From Octopus vulgaris (lineage: Eukaryota), in the NCBI GenBank assembly GCA_951406725.2, contig OX597815.1, positions 145,886,001-145,950,000 on the forward strand: DNA of 64,000 bases, read 5' to 3'. Position numbers and translations under genes: made by a program. Under the pieces are notes generated by a model that saw only the letters and a list, made by a program, of their open reading frames with translations, did no database searches and was not told the origin of the DNA. Shown piece after piece: positions 38,815 to 53,084 of this stretch; position 1 is the stretch's first letter; each line of letters opens with the position of its first letter.

Positions 38815-40560
38815 TGAGCTTACATTTAAATTTATGAAAGAATTTGAAAGTGCGGAAGAATTTGTGCTTCCACGTAGTGAGGGCCTCGTTATATTTATTA
38901 AGAAATTGTGGTGAGTTGTGGGTTAGAATTTTGAGAGCTTCTTTTAAGCGAAGTCCACAACTGATATGGGGTACTTTGAGGTGGTCCCAGTAATCGAGAT
39001 CAGTCATACCTTAATTCTTTTAGTGAATGCTCTCTGGGGTGATTCGAAATGTTGTATTTTGTATAGAGAGACCACCACAGAGGGCAGAAGCATTTGAGAT
39101 ATGACAGTAGAAAAGAGGAGAAAAGAGGAATGATGACACCTTGTTCTCTGGACCAGAAGGTCAACTTACAATCTATATCGATCTTATTGTTGATGTGGTC
39201 ACTCCTGCTGAGATTGTTGTCAATAATTGCTCTAAGGTCTCTCATATTATTAGATGCTGTGAGTTGTTCCGCTGAAAGAAGAAAATATGATTGTTCTAGC
39301 ATAATCATTCTTCCTAAATGCATCAGTTAAAATTTTCTCTCGTTTAGTTGCATTTTGTTTTTGCCTGCTCGTTGACTCACAGCATGTAAATCAGAAAGGA
39401 GTTCAGTTCGGTTTACTTCTCCGTTAATGTTCTGGAAGTTGGAGACTTCAGCGAATATTTTCATATTGTTGTGTTTCATGACGCTGGAAAGGTTGTTTAT
39501 GTAGACTAAAGAGAAGCGGACGCAAGACTGTCTTCTGAAGGACACCACTGGATTTGAGTGAATTCCACGGGTCACATGTTGTGTTCTGTCCTCCAGGTAA
39601 TACTTCATTCAGTATAGTAGTTTTCAACGGATTCCAACATTTAATAATTTTGACAGTAGGATATTGTGACCGACTATGTCAAACGCTTTTTTGAAGTCAA
39701 GATATATGACATCGGAGTTCGAACTTGATCTCAAGGCTTTAAGGACATCTTTGATGTAGAGAAAGAGCCGTGTTAGACAGTTCGTGTCGCAGCAAAAGCC
39801 ATGCTAGTATTAATTTAGGAAATTGTGGTTCACCAGCAAACCAGATATCTTTCATCTCATCACCCTTTCAAGCCATTTGATGATAAGGGATATGAGTAAC
39901 ACTGGGCGATAGTTGGCTGCGAGGGACCTGTTTCCCTGTTTGAAAACGGGGATGAAAGACTGGGATAACTACTGCTTCAGTATATAACTTTCTAAACAAT
40001 TTCTCCAGAGGTTGGTTAGAGGGACTGCAACTTGGTGTCTACATTCCTTCAGGAGATAAGCGGGGAATCTATCAGGGCCTACAGCGGAATAGTATTTGTT
40101 CTCAATTATTGCTGCTATAATGTCTGAAGCAGTAAAGGTTATGTCCTAGATTGTACGTTGAGGATCGACGACCTTCACATGACTTGCGTCAATATCAGTA
40201 GGTTTACTAAAGACAAAGCAGTATTGTTCCTGCAGTACTTCTGCCATTTCTTTAGCATCATGTTGGAGATTGCTGTTATCATCGATCAATGGACCAACAG
40301 GTGAGACAGCGGTCCTATGCTTATTTGCATATGAATTGAACCCTTTTGAGTTCTGCTTGACTTTTTCATTATCACTTTCCTCTGTGGCTCTTTGATCTTC
40401 AATGCAGGTTTTCATGTTGGTCTTCAAATGAAGTTTTACAAACTAAAGCTTTCTCATTGTTGTTGTGGATGCTATATGTGGGAGAATTTCAATTGATTTT
40501 TATATTAAGTCTTTTGATACTCCTGATGAGTGTTTTTATCTCTCTAGGGAGCATGTTTCT
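38815..40560 (-). mobile_element. Degraded CR1/L2-group LINE (RT region)
   Basis: Remnants AVGPDRFP, AANYRPV, VIYLDFKKAFDIVGH.ILL, LVYINNL, MKIFAE, MQLNERKF. Confidence 0.85.
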
Positions 40561-40575
40561 GTATATATAATGATT

Positions 40576-40663
<88 letters not shown>

Positions 40664-40741
40664 TGTATATATATATATAATGACTTGTATATATATATTT
40701 GTATATTTGAATATATATATAATGATGTATATATATATATT

Positions 40742-41752
40742 GGATAACTTTTTCCTTACTCAGCTAGTGCTCGAATCAACAAGACAGAATAAAACTATCT
40801 TCGATCAAATATTAACCAGCCACTCTAACTCCGTTCACAGTATTTCAGTTGAAAAATCTCTCCTCTCAGACCACGACATGATATGCTGCAATTTTAATTT
40901 CCGGCATATGAAAACAAACCACCCTATCCTACTACACTGCACATATTTGACAACATAAACTTCCACAAAGGGGACTGGGGAGCAATCAGAAAAGATCTGT
41001 CCTTCATCGACTGGTCCTTTACTCTCCGTTCCACTCACATTGAGATTGCATGGCAGCACTTTGAGGACATTGTCACCTATACATGCTCAAAACAGTCTCC
41101 TATGAAATTCATTAACACAAACAGAAACCGGCTCCCCAAAAAAGAAAATAACACTCATCAGGCGCATCAAAAGACTCAATAAAATCAAACCGATTAAAAT
41201 ACTCCCACATACAACATCCACATTCAACAACAAGGAAAAGGCTGGAGTTGGAAAAACTTCATCTGCAGACCGACATGAAAACCTCCATTGAAAATCAAAG
41301 AGCTACAGAGGAACAGTGGGTAATCAAAAACATCAGACAGAACCCAAAATGTGTTTTCTGTTATTCTAATAAGCATAAAACCACTGTCTCACCCATTGCG
41401 CCATTTATCGAAGATAAATTCCTCAACACGATGCTAAAGAAATGGCAGAAATACTGCAGCAACAATGCTGCTCTGCCTTTAGTGATCCCACTGATATTGA
41501 CGTAAGAGAAGCGAACGAAGTTGATTCCCAACATAAAACTCGGATATAACCTTCACTGCCTCAGACATTATAGCAGCAATAAATAAGGTCGAATACTATT
41601 CTGCTGTAGGCCCTGATAGATTCCTCGCTAGTCTCCTGAAGGAATGTAGACACCAACTTACACTCCCTCTGGCCAACCTCTGGAGAATTTCTTTAGATTC
41701 AGGTTATATATCGAAACAGTTCCTATCCCAGTCTGGCATCCTGATTTTCAAA
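40742..41752 (+). mobile_element. Degraded CR1/L2-group LINE of the same family, opposite orientation
   Basis: Endonuclease end (LLSDHDMI); 41150-41750 is homologous to the reverse complement of about 39940-40530. Confidence 0.8.
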
Positions 41753-42108
41753 TATTCTACGCGGATTTGAGGGACCAGGGACGGAAAGCTTAGAATGATG
41801 TATTGAAGTAAACCATTCTATTATGGACACAAATCCTGAAATTTTGCGAAGAATCTAATAGATTACATCGACGCCAAGGCTCAATTCATACTTATTTCGT
41901 CGGTCCGGAATGTAGAGATAGACGAAATGCCGCTCAGAACTTTGCTTTGCGTGTTAACGATTAGGTCAGCTAGCAGGGGGCATGGCGAAATCTAAGTAGC
42001 AAATTATCACTAGGGAATTGAAATGCCTGAAACTGCAGTATTTTCGTGCGCAAAGTGTTACATTTCGAAACAGTTCTTAACCTGAACATTAATAGTTACT
42101 TTCTTGAA

Positions 42109-42492
42109 GGCGACAAGCTGGCAGAAACGTTAGCACGCTGGGCGAAATGCTTCGCGGTATTTCGTCTGCGTTACGTTGTGAGTTCAAATTCTGCCGAGGT
42201 CGACTTTGCCTTTCATCCTTTCGGGGTCGATAAATTAAGTACCAGTTACGCACTGGGGTCGATGTAATCGACTTAATACCTATGTCTGTCCTTGTTTGTC
42301 CCCTCTGTGTTTAGCCCCTTGTGGGTAATAAAGAAATAGGTATTTAATCTGTCTTTACGTTCTGAGTTCAAATTCCGCCGTGGTCGACTTTGGCATATAT
42401 CCTTTCCGGGTCGATAAGCTAAGTACCAGGGGTCGATTAAATCGACTGGACCCCCTCCTCCAAATATCAGGCTTTGTTCCTAGAATAGAAAT
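42109..42492 (+). mobile_element. SINE family A, two-core copy
   Basis: Same architecture as 3750-4143. Confidence 0.85.
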
Positions 42493-43123
42493 GAATATTT
42501 TCTTTCTGGAGTAATCTCAACTTAAAAGGAGGCGGCAAATGTCAAAGAGCTGTGTGGGGATCGCTGGGTGTTCCAGAGTCGTTATGATTTTATTTAGAAA
42601 TACATATATTTAAAGTAGACACAAACAATATTATTTCTATGTTTATATTTAAGCCCATTTAAAAATAATCTTTGTCGAATATAGAATATGTGTAGGTCGT
42701 TGGATTATCAGTAAGTAGAAACATGACTAGTGATGCACCAATTCTCAATGTTCACAAATCGTTTCTTCTTTTAGATCAAACTTAGTAAATATAACCTTTT
42801 GAATGAATATTACTTATTAAAATGAATGCAAAAACATATGATTGTTTTTTTTGTTCATTTTCATTGCACCAACGTTTGTTTCCAATCCTTAGGTATTATT
42901 GACATATTAATAAATTATTGATTTCCCGCGATTAAATACAAGACAGTATATGTTGAATTTTGTTCTCAGTTGCTATGGTTTCCAAGCCGTGGAAATGATT
43001 GAACAAAATAGAAAGTGTTGGCAAATCTAAATTGAGGGGGCCTCAGAAAAAAATCATTCGGTGAATAAAAGCGCCGAACTACGTAAGTCTTAGAACACCT
43101 GCTTTACAAAATGTTTAATATTC

Positions 43124-43157
<34 letters not shown>

Positions 43158-43158
43158 C

Positions 43159-43235
<77 letters not shown>

Positions 43236-43695
43236 TTTCTTCTTATTCTTTTCACACACACTCATACGCACATATAAATGTAGAATAGGAATTTAAAAAT
43301 CCAGGCTAATATATGTATCTCTTTCTATCTGTCTGTCTGCCTGTCAGCCTGCCTTTGTATGTGTGTGTGTTTATACATCACTCTGTTACTAATTCATATA
43401 AATGCTCAGTTAAATGTTTATGTCAAGTAAAGATACTAGTCTTATTAAATATATTTATTACCATAATACTAAACTGATTGTTTTAAAAATAAATAATGTC
43501 TTCAGATGTCGGAATATAAAAATTATAACGTTAAGGGGGGAGCTCTTGCAGAAAACAACAATGCTTAGAACCGGTAGAATTTGAACTCAGAACGTAGCGA
43601 CAGATGAAATACTGCTAAGCATTTCACCTGACGTGCTAACGATTCTGTTACCTCCCCGCCTTAATAATGATAATGATAACAACAACAACAACAAC

Positions 43696-43754
<59 letters not shown>

Positions 43755-43845
43755 TAATAATAATAATAACACATCTGAAACAGCTTTATTGAACTGCAAC
43801 CCATCTGTCTTAAATACACACACACGCACGCACACACACACACAC

Positions 43846-43876
<31 letters not shown>

Positions 43877-45384
43877 CATATATATATATGTATATATACA
43901 TACATATTGATATATATGTGTGTATATATATATATATGCATTTTTTTGCTCTGTTTTCAATGAACGCTCCATTACAGAAAAAGAAACAAACACCCAGGCA
44001 GAGCTCAATCTCCGTATGGATTCTCTTAAAGAATAAGATTATGATAAATTTAACATATTCCATTATGCTGACAGTACATATTTTAATCATCCATGGTGAA
44101 TAGAAATCAAAACAGACTTTTTAATGATTTGGATTTAGATTTGTGATTTAACAAACGTAATTGAATAAAATGTTCCATCAATCTCCCTGCTGTCTTTGGG
44201 ATTTTCACTGTCTTATAACATCACTAGTTATTCAAATGAGCAAGCAATATTCTCTTGCAGAGCATATGATGCTAGATATTAAGTCAAAGAATTAAAATGC
44301 GTCAGGTATAGGGGGTGTACAGCATTACTAATCCGGTTCCTAGTCTCCGATATCTAATTAATTTGGTTCCTTGCTTCTCTGAACATTTGCATAACAAAAA
44401 CAAAACTGTCCGTTGTTGTTGAATATCATAAATTATGACCGAAAGACTATTGATAAATCGCAATGCCGTATCGCAGTATTCACACAATATTGATTTTGTA
44501 ACATATATCTCACCTCTCGAGCTTTAAATCAGTAATTGAAAACAGAGAAATGGCATCGAATTTCAGCTTCAGAAAACGGGAGCAGGAGTTAAATTGGTTT
44601 TGCTCTCCCTATCGGAAATCATCTATATGAGATGTTTCAGACAATAACAAAAAAAAAAAAAAGAAGTACGAAATTAAATTATTTCCCTTATTAATGGTGA
44701 ATGATATTGACAAAGATGTTGGGGAAATATGATTGCTATCATTTTTGTGAAGGAAATTTATAAAAATATTTTATTGATATAACTGTGGAAAATAATTGTC
44801 AAATATATAAAGGAAATAATAAAACTAATGTCTATATTATTAATAGTTTATTATATAAAACATATTGCGATCAACATTTTCCTCTAACCGACTTCAATGT
44901 TTAGCTTTTATAATTGGTGATTATTTTTGGTGTAGTTCACATCACACAGTCGTAGATTGTTAATTAAAACAACTCCAAATCGTCTCAATTTCAATGATGT
45001 TTTATATATTCTGATAGAACAAAAATACATATATTGAAATAGTGTAGACATAGCTTTACAAATATAGCAACACATTTAATTTTTTTTCAATTATTGATGA
45101 CTTGTTTGATGACGTTTACCCTTTACTTCTCACTATTTTACGTTACAAAGCAGGAAGCCACTGCAAATAAAATTAGTATAAACATAGGGAAATTTATCGT
45201 GAATATCAGAGATTATTTCCCAGAATATGGCTGAATATACTCTGAACATATTAATTTCAATGATACAATACTACCAACGATGATGATGATGATGACGATG
45301 TCAGGAGATAGATATCGAAGAATTAACGGTGCATACGCCATTACATGTTCGAAGAAGATAAATTAGAAACTAATTTGAACTGTC

Positions 45385-45682
45385 CTCTGAAACAAGTGGC
45401 TAGGGTATTCGGTCGAGAGTTCGATACCAGGGGTGTGTTGTCTCCTTGAGCAAGACACTTTATTTCAAACTGTTCCAGTCAAATCAGCTGCAAAAATGAG
45501 TCGTACACGTAATTCAAAGGACCAACCACGTGACACACAGTGTCATGCTGAATCTCCTTAAGAGCTACGTTGAGGGTACGTGTGTCAGTGGAGTGGTTAG
45601 TCACTAACACGTTGATTTCACAACCAGGCTGATCTGTTGATCGGATCAATGGGAACCGTCGTTGTCGTAACCGGCAGAGTGA
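45385..45682 (+). mobile_element. Diverged tRNA-derived SINE
   Basis: B-box-like gagttcgatacc, core tccttgagcaagacact, tail shared with 25215-25378. Confidence 0.6.
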
Positions 45683-45778
45683 CGGTTTATATGTGTGTGT
45701 TTGTGTGTGTGTGTGTGAGTGCGTGTGTGATGTGTGTATGTGTGTATGCATGAATATATATATAGCCTACTACATACT

Positions 45779-45843
<65 letters not shown>

Positions 45844-46309
45844 TACTACATAAACCTAATGATCGCGTAAAGCATGAAAGTAAACGTTTTATCATAATAA
45901 ATATATAATATTCTGTTATCATAATATTGTAAAATTGTAAAAATTTTAAATAATAAAACATGAAAATCAAACTAAGTTGGAATTTCATTGATTAATACAC
46001 AAATCCGCAGATGGTACTTGTTCTATATTATGTGGTGCGTGAAGAAATGTACAAGGCGGCGAGTTGGCCGAATCATTAGTACGCCTGCTGCTATGTACTG
46101 AGTTTAAATTCCACCGAGGTCGACTCTGCGTTTTATCCTTTCGGGGACGATAATTTAAGTACCAATGAAACACTGCGTGTCGATGTAATCGATTAGTCTC
46201 CTCTCCCCAAATTTCGGCCTTGTGCCTTTTGGAGAAAGGATTTTTGAATACTTTATTCCAGAAAATCAAACAACAGGTAGCATATCTAAACTTATTCTGA
46301 AGTAATTAT

Positions 46310-47750
46310 ATATATTCCTTCAAGGAAATGGAAAAGAACCGATAGATCAGATGTATGATGATGCAAGTGTCATGAAAGGCTAAGGAAGAGAGTCTGCCAA
46401 CTAAAGTAAGAGTAGTTTATTACAATGCACACTTTTCCTCTGTTATTCGCATCAGCTGCATTTGTTATCAAATTCAGCCAGTATCAAACAGGATACAAGA
46501 ATATTTTTTTTCCTAACCTTCTTACAATCTTTTAGTTTTTAGACTTTACTTGTTATGGTCATTGGACTGCGGCTCTGTTGGGGTATTGACTTCGAATATT
46601 TAGTTGAACAAATCGACCCTAGTACTAGTTGTTATACGTAGTAAATCTTCTGTCAGTCTCCTTTTATAAAATCGCTAAGTTAGGAAGACATAAACAAAAA
46701 TCCGTTGTCAAACATTTGTGGGGAACTATCATAGACATGAACACATGCACACACATATACAATACAGGATTCACATAGTTACCTTCTGACAAGATTCATT
46801 CAGAATGCATTAGTCAGTTCGTGGTTACAGTAGAAAACACTTGTCAAGGTGCGGCGATGTGGAACTGAACCTTAAACTGCGTGGTTGCAAAATATACCTC
46901 AACGTGTGTGCATTTCCAGTAAATGTATAAAAATTAACATTTTCGTTTCTTTTCTCAACCAGGTGTAACTTTAACATATGGAGCGTGAATTCGATTAAAA
47001 TTTGCAATCTTTAAGAAAGCCGATTTACTGAAATTCCATCAATGCCGAATGCAGATTTAATCACTTCAGAAACAACAGCTATTTTGAAATGCTGAATAAT
47101 GAAAAATTCATTTTCTGGTTGGAGATTTTTCCTCAGATTATGCCTCATGTTGAAGAGATTCACAACTAAATACAATCTCGAGAAATTGATGTATTTAAAG
47201 TTCATGAATATGTAACAAATTTCAAAGCTTTTATTTTAGAAACAACAAATCCAAAAGTGTTGTGTAAATCCTTGAATGATGGTCACATCTGAAGCAAAGG
47301 AAGTTTGTGACTGCGCGTGTGTTGATAATGTTGGGAGATAATATTTCGCTAAACAATTAGTAGCAGCTCAATTATTCTACAAGAATAGCTGCGCTAGTTT
47401 TAAGAATAAACTGCCAACGGAAGATATAGGATTGACCATTGAAGCACATTCCATGATTGACAAATGGAAACTGTAAACTAAGCTGAAATTGAAAGTGAGT
47501 ATTCCACACTACCTGTGATATTACTTTTAACTGATCCATTGGAATTTATCTTGGAATATAATATAGATGTTGTTCTTAGTGAGATTGCAGAACTGATAAA
47601 ACACGTTGTGACAATTCCAATGATTATCACAGAGACTGAACGTTATTTTTTTTTTTTTGCAACTATAATAAAAAAGAGGAAATCTAAGTATATTTGCAAA
47701 GATTTGAATGTAGATAAATTTCGACACCATTGACACCTCAATATGAAGGA
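46310..47750 (+). pseudogene. Decayed hAT (ZMYM1-like) transposase remnant, interrupted by a SINE B copy at about 46540-46900
   Basis: QMYDDASVMKG, CYSHQLHL, F.FWLEIF..IMPHV, and LSEIAELIKHVVTIPMIITETERYF (hAT dimerisation-like motif). Confidence 0.7.
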
Positions 47751-47870
47751 AAAAGGGCACTGACCTTTTATCGATAAAAAAAATAATAGTAAAACAATAA
47801 TGGATAATAATTAAAAATGAATATAAAATACACACAAAAACCATATGCATACACATACATATAATTATAT

Positions 47871-47998
<128 letters not shown>

Positions 47999-48224
47999 GC
48001 ACACACACACACACATATACATATATACATACACCATTTAAAACTACAAAACAAATATTAGAAAACAAATTAATGGTATTTGGGATATTTCATTACGTAC
48101 CTTACAATAATCAATAAAGAAATCGATTAACGATCATATCATCTGAGTTTTCGTCACTGGATGATAAGATCTGTAATAAATCTTTGATCATTGATTTGTG
48201 AAATAAAAAATGAATATATTTAGC

Positions 48225-48269
<45 letters not shown>

Positions 48270-48719
48270 ATACATATACATACATACATACATACTTAAT
48301 GACTTCGCTTCGTTTAGGCATATTGATAGTATTGACCAGATGTTAGCACTCAAAATATTTGTGTTTTAGAGTAAAACGTCAGGCGGGGACAAATCTTAAT
48401 ATCAAGAAATAAATGACAAAACAACCGAAGTTACGTTATCATTTCCATTAGCTAACAGTTGTCTCTGCTATGAATTGTGAGTACTGTGCTTCTTATTGCA
48501 GAAAGAGTTGCAAGCCAGAAAAAGTGATTACATAACGCCTATTCTTTTAACATATTAACTGACATTTTGCGTTCTCTCTTTGTCCCTCTCACCTCTTCTC
48601 TCTCTCTCTCTAATTCTCTATCTCTCTGTCAATATAATTTAGATGCTGTTCGTAGAGAAATTATGGACCGATAAAAATCATTTTGACTACTTTGATTACA
48701 ATGCAGCGTGTGCGTGTGC

Positions 48720-48765
<46 letters not shown>

Positions 48766-48769
48766 TTCT

Positions 48770-49172
48770 CACTAAACATGACTAGGGACCTACATTGCTA
48801 GAAATAAGAGCTAAAAGGCTCTAATGTAGTAGTCAAAGTCCGTAGTTGTATACATGCATACTGACAGGGACTAAATCACTCGAAAACACCGATTGGTGTT
48901 TCGGGGCGATTATAGTCCCTGCCAATGTACATGTATACAATTATGGAAGGTGGAATATAGGAGAATTTATTATTTAGCACGACAATTGTTTCAACATATC
49001 TAGCAGCGATTCCTCATTAAGGCATGCACAGTGCATTTATGTATGCACAAATATATATATGTATACAGTTAATAATAATAAGGGTAAAATTAATTAATTA
49101 ATTAGTAATTAATAATTTTACCAAGCAGTGTTCAGTATGTAAAAGGACCATTTACGGTAAATTTAAAAATTA
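48770..49172 (-). mobile_element. Penelope-derived fragment with internal hairpin and degraded hammerhead motif
   Basis: Hairpin at 48846-48940; minus strand of 48976-49035 has gcac...GAAAC AATT GTC gtgc; (TA)n flanks. Confidence 0.5.
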
Positions 49173-49201
49173 CTTTATATAATTATATAAAGTAATTATA
49201 A

Positions 49202-49241
<40 letters not shown>

Positions 49242-49261
49242 ATGGATGGATGTATACACAA

Positions 49262-49308
<47 letters not shown>

Positions 49309-49325
49309 TATACATATATATATAT

Positions 49326-49395
<70 letters not shown>

Positions 49396-49774
49396 TGCGC
49401 GCGCGCGTGGGGATTTCATTATTTGTCAAAGGTTTTCTGAAGCAGTAGCTCCAGGAAATGAAGTCACTAACGACTGACAGATGTCCTTCTCTAGATACTA
49501 AAGAACGATAATTCAATATATTTTGGTAACGCTAATTTTGTCTTCAATACTTGAAAGTAACTGTGATGCTAGAGATCAATATTTGTAAACCTATACCGTT
49601 GGATTCTCTTGAAATGACCTCATTTTTAGAAAAACGGATTAAGACACCTACAATATGATCTGTAGAGTGAGATTTTTTGTGGGCTTAAAATCAGTCTCGA
49701 TGTTCGTACAATTTCAATAAATATATTATAATTGGTTAAGTTATAGCTTCTCAACTCTTTAACTAGTTTTAGCT

Positions 49775-50030
49775 CAAAAGCTGTGACCATGCTGGGGTAC
49801 CACCGTTACATTTGCCACTCCCTCACTACCTGAAACCTTCTCCGATATGAGGCAATTGGTGAATAAGGGAATTTCATGCTGCTGCCCTTATCTGCGTTTC
49901 CTGCCGTTATGTAGGTTCATCCGGAAGCCTTGACAGGAGGAGATCTGTTATTTATTCTTTTTTTGAAGAAATCTATATCCGCACCATACAGGTCTGTCAG
50001 GCTCTTGAGGAGCTGTGGGCCCTTAATATC
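49775..50030 (-). mobile_element. Old CR1/L2-group LINE 3' end
   Basis: GPQLL..L.DLYGADIDFFK resembles the 35115-35648 ORF; same tail motif ccatgctggggtaccac. Confidence 0.65.
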
Positions 50031-50525
50031 AATATTGATAAAATATGTTATCCTACTCTCTCTTAACGAATTTTTAACGCACTAGAATAAGCACCCGAAC
50101 TATCAATGAAGGAAATATAGATAAGAAAAAAGAAAAGAAAAGAGAATATATCAATATCAACAAATAAACGTTTGAAAATTTGGAAATTTGAAAGAAAAGT
50201 CTGAGGAATATGTTTCTAAATAACAACAATAATAGTACTAACAAAAACTCGAATAACAAGAACGACAAACATACACACACACAAAAAAAAATAAAATAAA
50301 ATCGAATTTGAGATAGACCCGTCAAGAAAATTTTATCACACTTCGTTTTTTTAATGTTGAATAAAAAATAAAAGTAAAATAGATAACGAAATTTGATAGA
50401 GAAGTCAAGAATTTAACAAAATAAAAAAAAAATTTCTGAAGTTCAAACATAGTTAAATAAATAACATGAATAAATAAAGAATAAAATAGTTACACATACA
50501 CAAGTATAAACACCTCCGCGCCTGA

Positions 50526-50580
<55 letters not shown>

Positions 50581-50798
50581 TCACACACACACACATATAT
50601 ATATTCACACATGCATACACACACATATACATACATACATACATACATACATACATACATACATACATACATACATACATACATACATACACACATACAT
50701 ATATCTGTAAATGCATACTTGTCGGTATGCCTAAACATTCGGTGTGTGTGTATATATGTACAATATGTTATATATATAATGGTAAAACGAATATTTAC

Positions 50799-51013
50799 TT
50801 TTTTTCAAACTGAATGTGTTGGATTACATCTGGCGAATAGGTTTTGCTGTATTTTTTGGCAAGCCTCCGTAAAGTGTAGGTGAATTCACTGTAGCCGTCG
50901 GCCTGTGTCGTTATTATGGTGAAGTCGGTCCAGTTATAATGGTCAAGGAGGCTTAACATGGCTTCACACTCATGATGAATTCGTGGAGCTAATTCCAACA
51001 CTAAAGTGTCTTC
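50799..51013 (-). CDS. Nmdar2: Internal coding exon of an NMDA-type ionotropic glutamate receptor subunit 2 (amino-terminal domain)
   Basis: EDTLVLELAPRIHHECEAMLSLLDHYNWTDFTIITTQADGYSEF matches the GluN2 ATD pattern LQLAPSIEHQ..AML..L..Y.W..F...T....G...F. Polypyrimidine acceptor ttttcttttatgcttgcag before 51013 and donor gtaaat after 50799; 215 nt, phase 0 to phase 2. Confidence 0.8.
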
Positions 51014-51670
51014 CTGCAAGCATAAAAGAAAAATATAAAGTAAATGGTGAAATATCGGTATGGCTTCATCAAGAATATACATAAATTACACACACAGAGA
51101 CACACACGCACATATATAAGTAAACCTCTCAATTTATATATGTGTGTGTTTGTGTAGGTAAATAGTTTACTAGAACAAGTCAATAATCACAAGATAGTAT
51201 TAACTCTGATTTTCATTCTCTTTTACTGACATTCTTTCTCTCTCTCTCTCTCTTCATGTGTTTCTCTGCCTCTCTCTCTGTCTCTTCATCTCTTCCCCTG
51301 TTTGTTGAGTGAATCGAGTCATTTCGTTGATGTAGTTGCTACTTCCCTCAAGCAATGACTTCTTTGAAGGAAATATTTCTCTATAATTCAAAGAGTAAGA
51401 AAACCAAGCAGAATGTCCACAGGAAAAGAAGAAATTAAACACATTTCAGAAGATATGTTGCACAGCACATCCAGATATACACAAATATATCATTTTATAT
51501 AATTTCAAGGTACACATTCTGCAAGATGAAAATAAAGCTTAAATGCCTACGTGTACAATAATTTACCATGTATAGTACACATCTAGATAGTGGGGTATAA
51601 ATTTGAAAACAAAATGCAGCGTGCAATATCGTATAAACACATAGTGTTGCATATTTAATTTGGTAGTAGG

Positions 51671-51963
51671 CAGTGGCGGACTGGGCAGGTTGCTAGCTTG
51701 CCCAATGGCAAGTGGGTCTCTGCGCCATTAGAATCCATATATGGGGCCCATGTTAGTATCTAAGAGGCCCATCGCTTCAAGTATGTGAATTCGTTATTCA
51801 TTCCTGGAAGAATGCAATAATTATTTCAGCTTGGCTGTGTTTGTAGACAGTTGCAAAGAATACCTTTAACAAAAAAAAAAAAAATTAAACGATAGCATTG
51901 TAGTTGCAGGTGGACCCCCTTAGTTTCCTGGCAACTAATATGTTTAGACCCATTCCACCACTG
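51671..51963. mobile_element. hAT-type MITE
   Basis: TIRs CAGTGGCGGACTGGG / CCCATTCCACCACTG; 8 bp flanks gtagtagg and gttgtagg (7/8 identical, TSD-like). Confidence 0.75.
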
Positions 51964-51989
51964 GTTGTAGGTACTCTATTAAAATTTAA

Positions 51990-52728
51990 TGTGGAGCTAA
52001 TACAGTTTCGCACCTCTCCTTGAAAAATGCATTTTTAAAAAAAAGTTTTTTCGGATTCCTACGTTTTAGATGTAAATAAAAATTTAACACCCACCACCAC
52101 CGCACTCCTAAAATTTTGAACATTTTCGAAATTTTTTCCCCTTATGTTTTAGATGAATGAGATTCTGAATATGCAAGAAACCACGTTTTCAAAATTTTTT
52201 TATTCGATAAGCATATAGATATGTGTATAAAGAGATAAATAGATATGAATGTCTTCCTGAGGCTATAGGACCGCCGTATTTAGTTTACAAACAGGGATAA
52301 ATAAATTGACAAATAAATAAATAAAAGGATGAAAAAGTTTAAAATTCAAAATTGGGGGTGAAATTTGAGCCTCTTATTAAAATTTATAACACTGATTGTT
52401 TCCCATAAAATGGTGTATTTAATTTACATTAAATTCTTATTTACACAAGTAAAACGCAAATTCTTTTCAATTTAATGTTTTTGTCTGGATTTAATTTATC
52501 ACCTAGTTTCGATTTGCATATGTTCATCAATTCGCTACGATCTCTTTAAAGTAAACAAACTCAAACATTTTAACTTGAGATGATGTGGAAGAGGTGGGTG
52601 GGGGCGCAATTATTATTCTTTTTTTTTTGCATATTCGTAATCTCCGACGTCTAAAACGTAGGAATCCAAAAAATATTTTTCAAAAAACTGCATTTTTCAA
52701 GGAGAGGTGCGAAACTGCATTAGCCCCA
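51990..52728. mobile_element. Non-autonomous DNA transposon with TIRs of about 80 bp and TTAA flanks
   Basis: gctaatacagtttcgcacctctccttgaaaaatgca...ggattcctacgttttaga is inverted at 52650-52728; TTAA on both sides. Confidence 0.75.
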
Positions 52729-53084
52729 TTAATGTAACGGGTAGTCAAATGGCGGTTAGGTTTATGAATATAGTTTTGCCCAATATTGCACACATACAGC
52801 TACTATAATTTAACTCTCATGAAATCTCTTGATGTTTACCCCAAGTGATGAAATGATTTCTAATTTTTAAAAGAAAAGTATGTCTTATTGTAAAATACAA
52901 TCAGATGTAACAAAAATTTCTGGTTTGTATAACTCCTCCCATAACAATTATTTTATTTATTCCATCTGTTCCTCTTCCGCCCCACCCCAAGATTAGGATG
53001 TGTACTCATCCAACGTATGCATAGATGCAGACACACTCACACACACACATATATATATATACACAGACACCTACACACGCGTAG

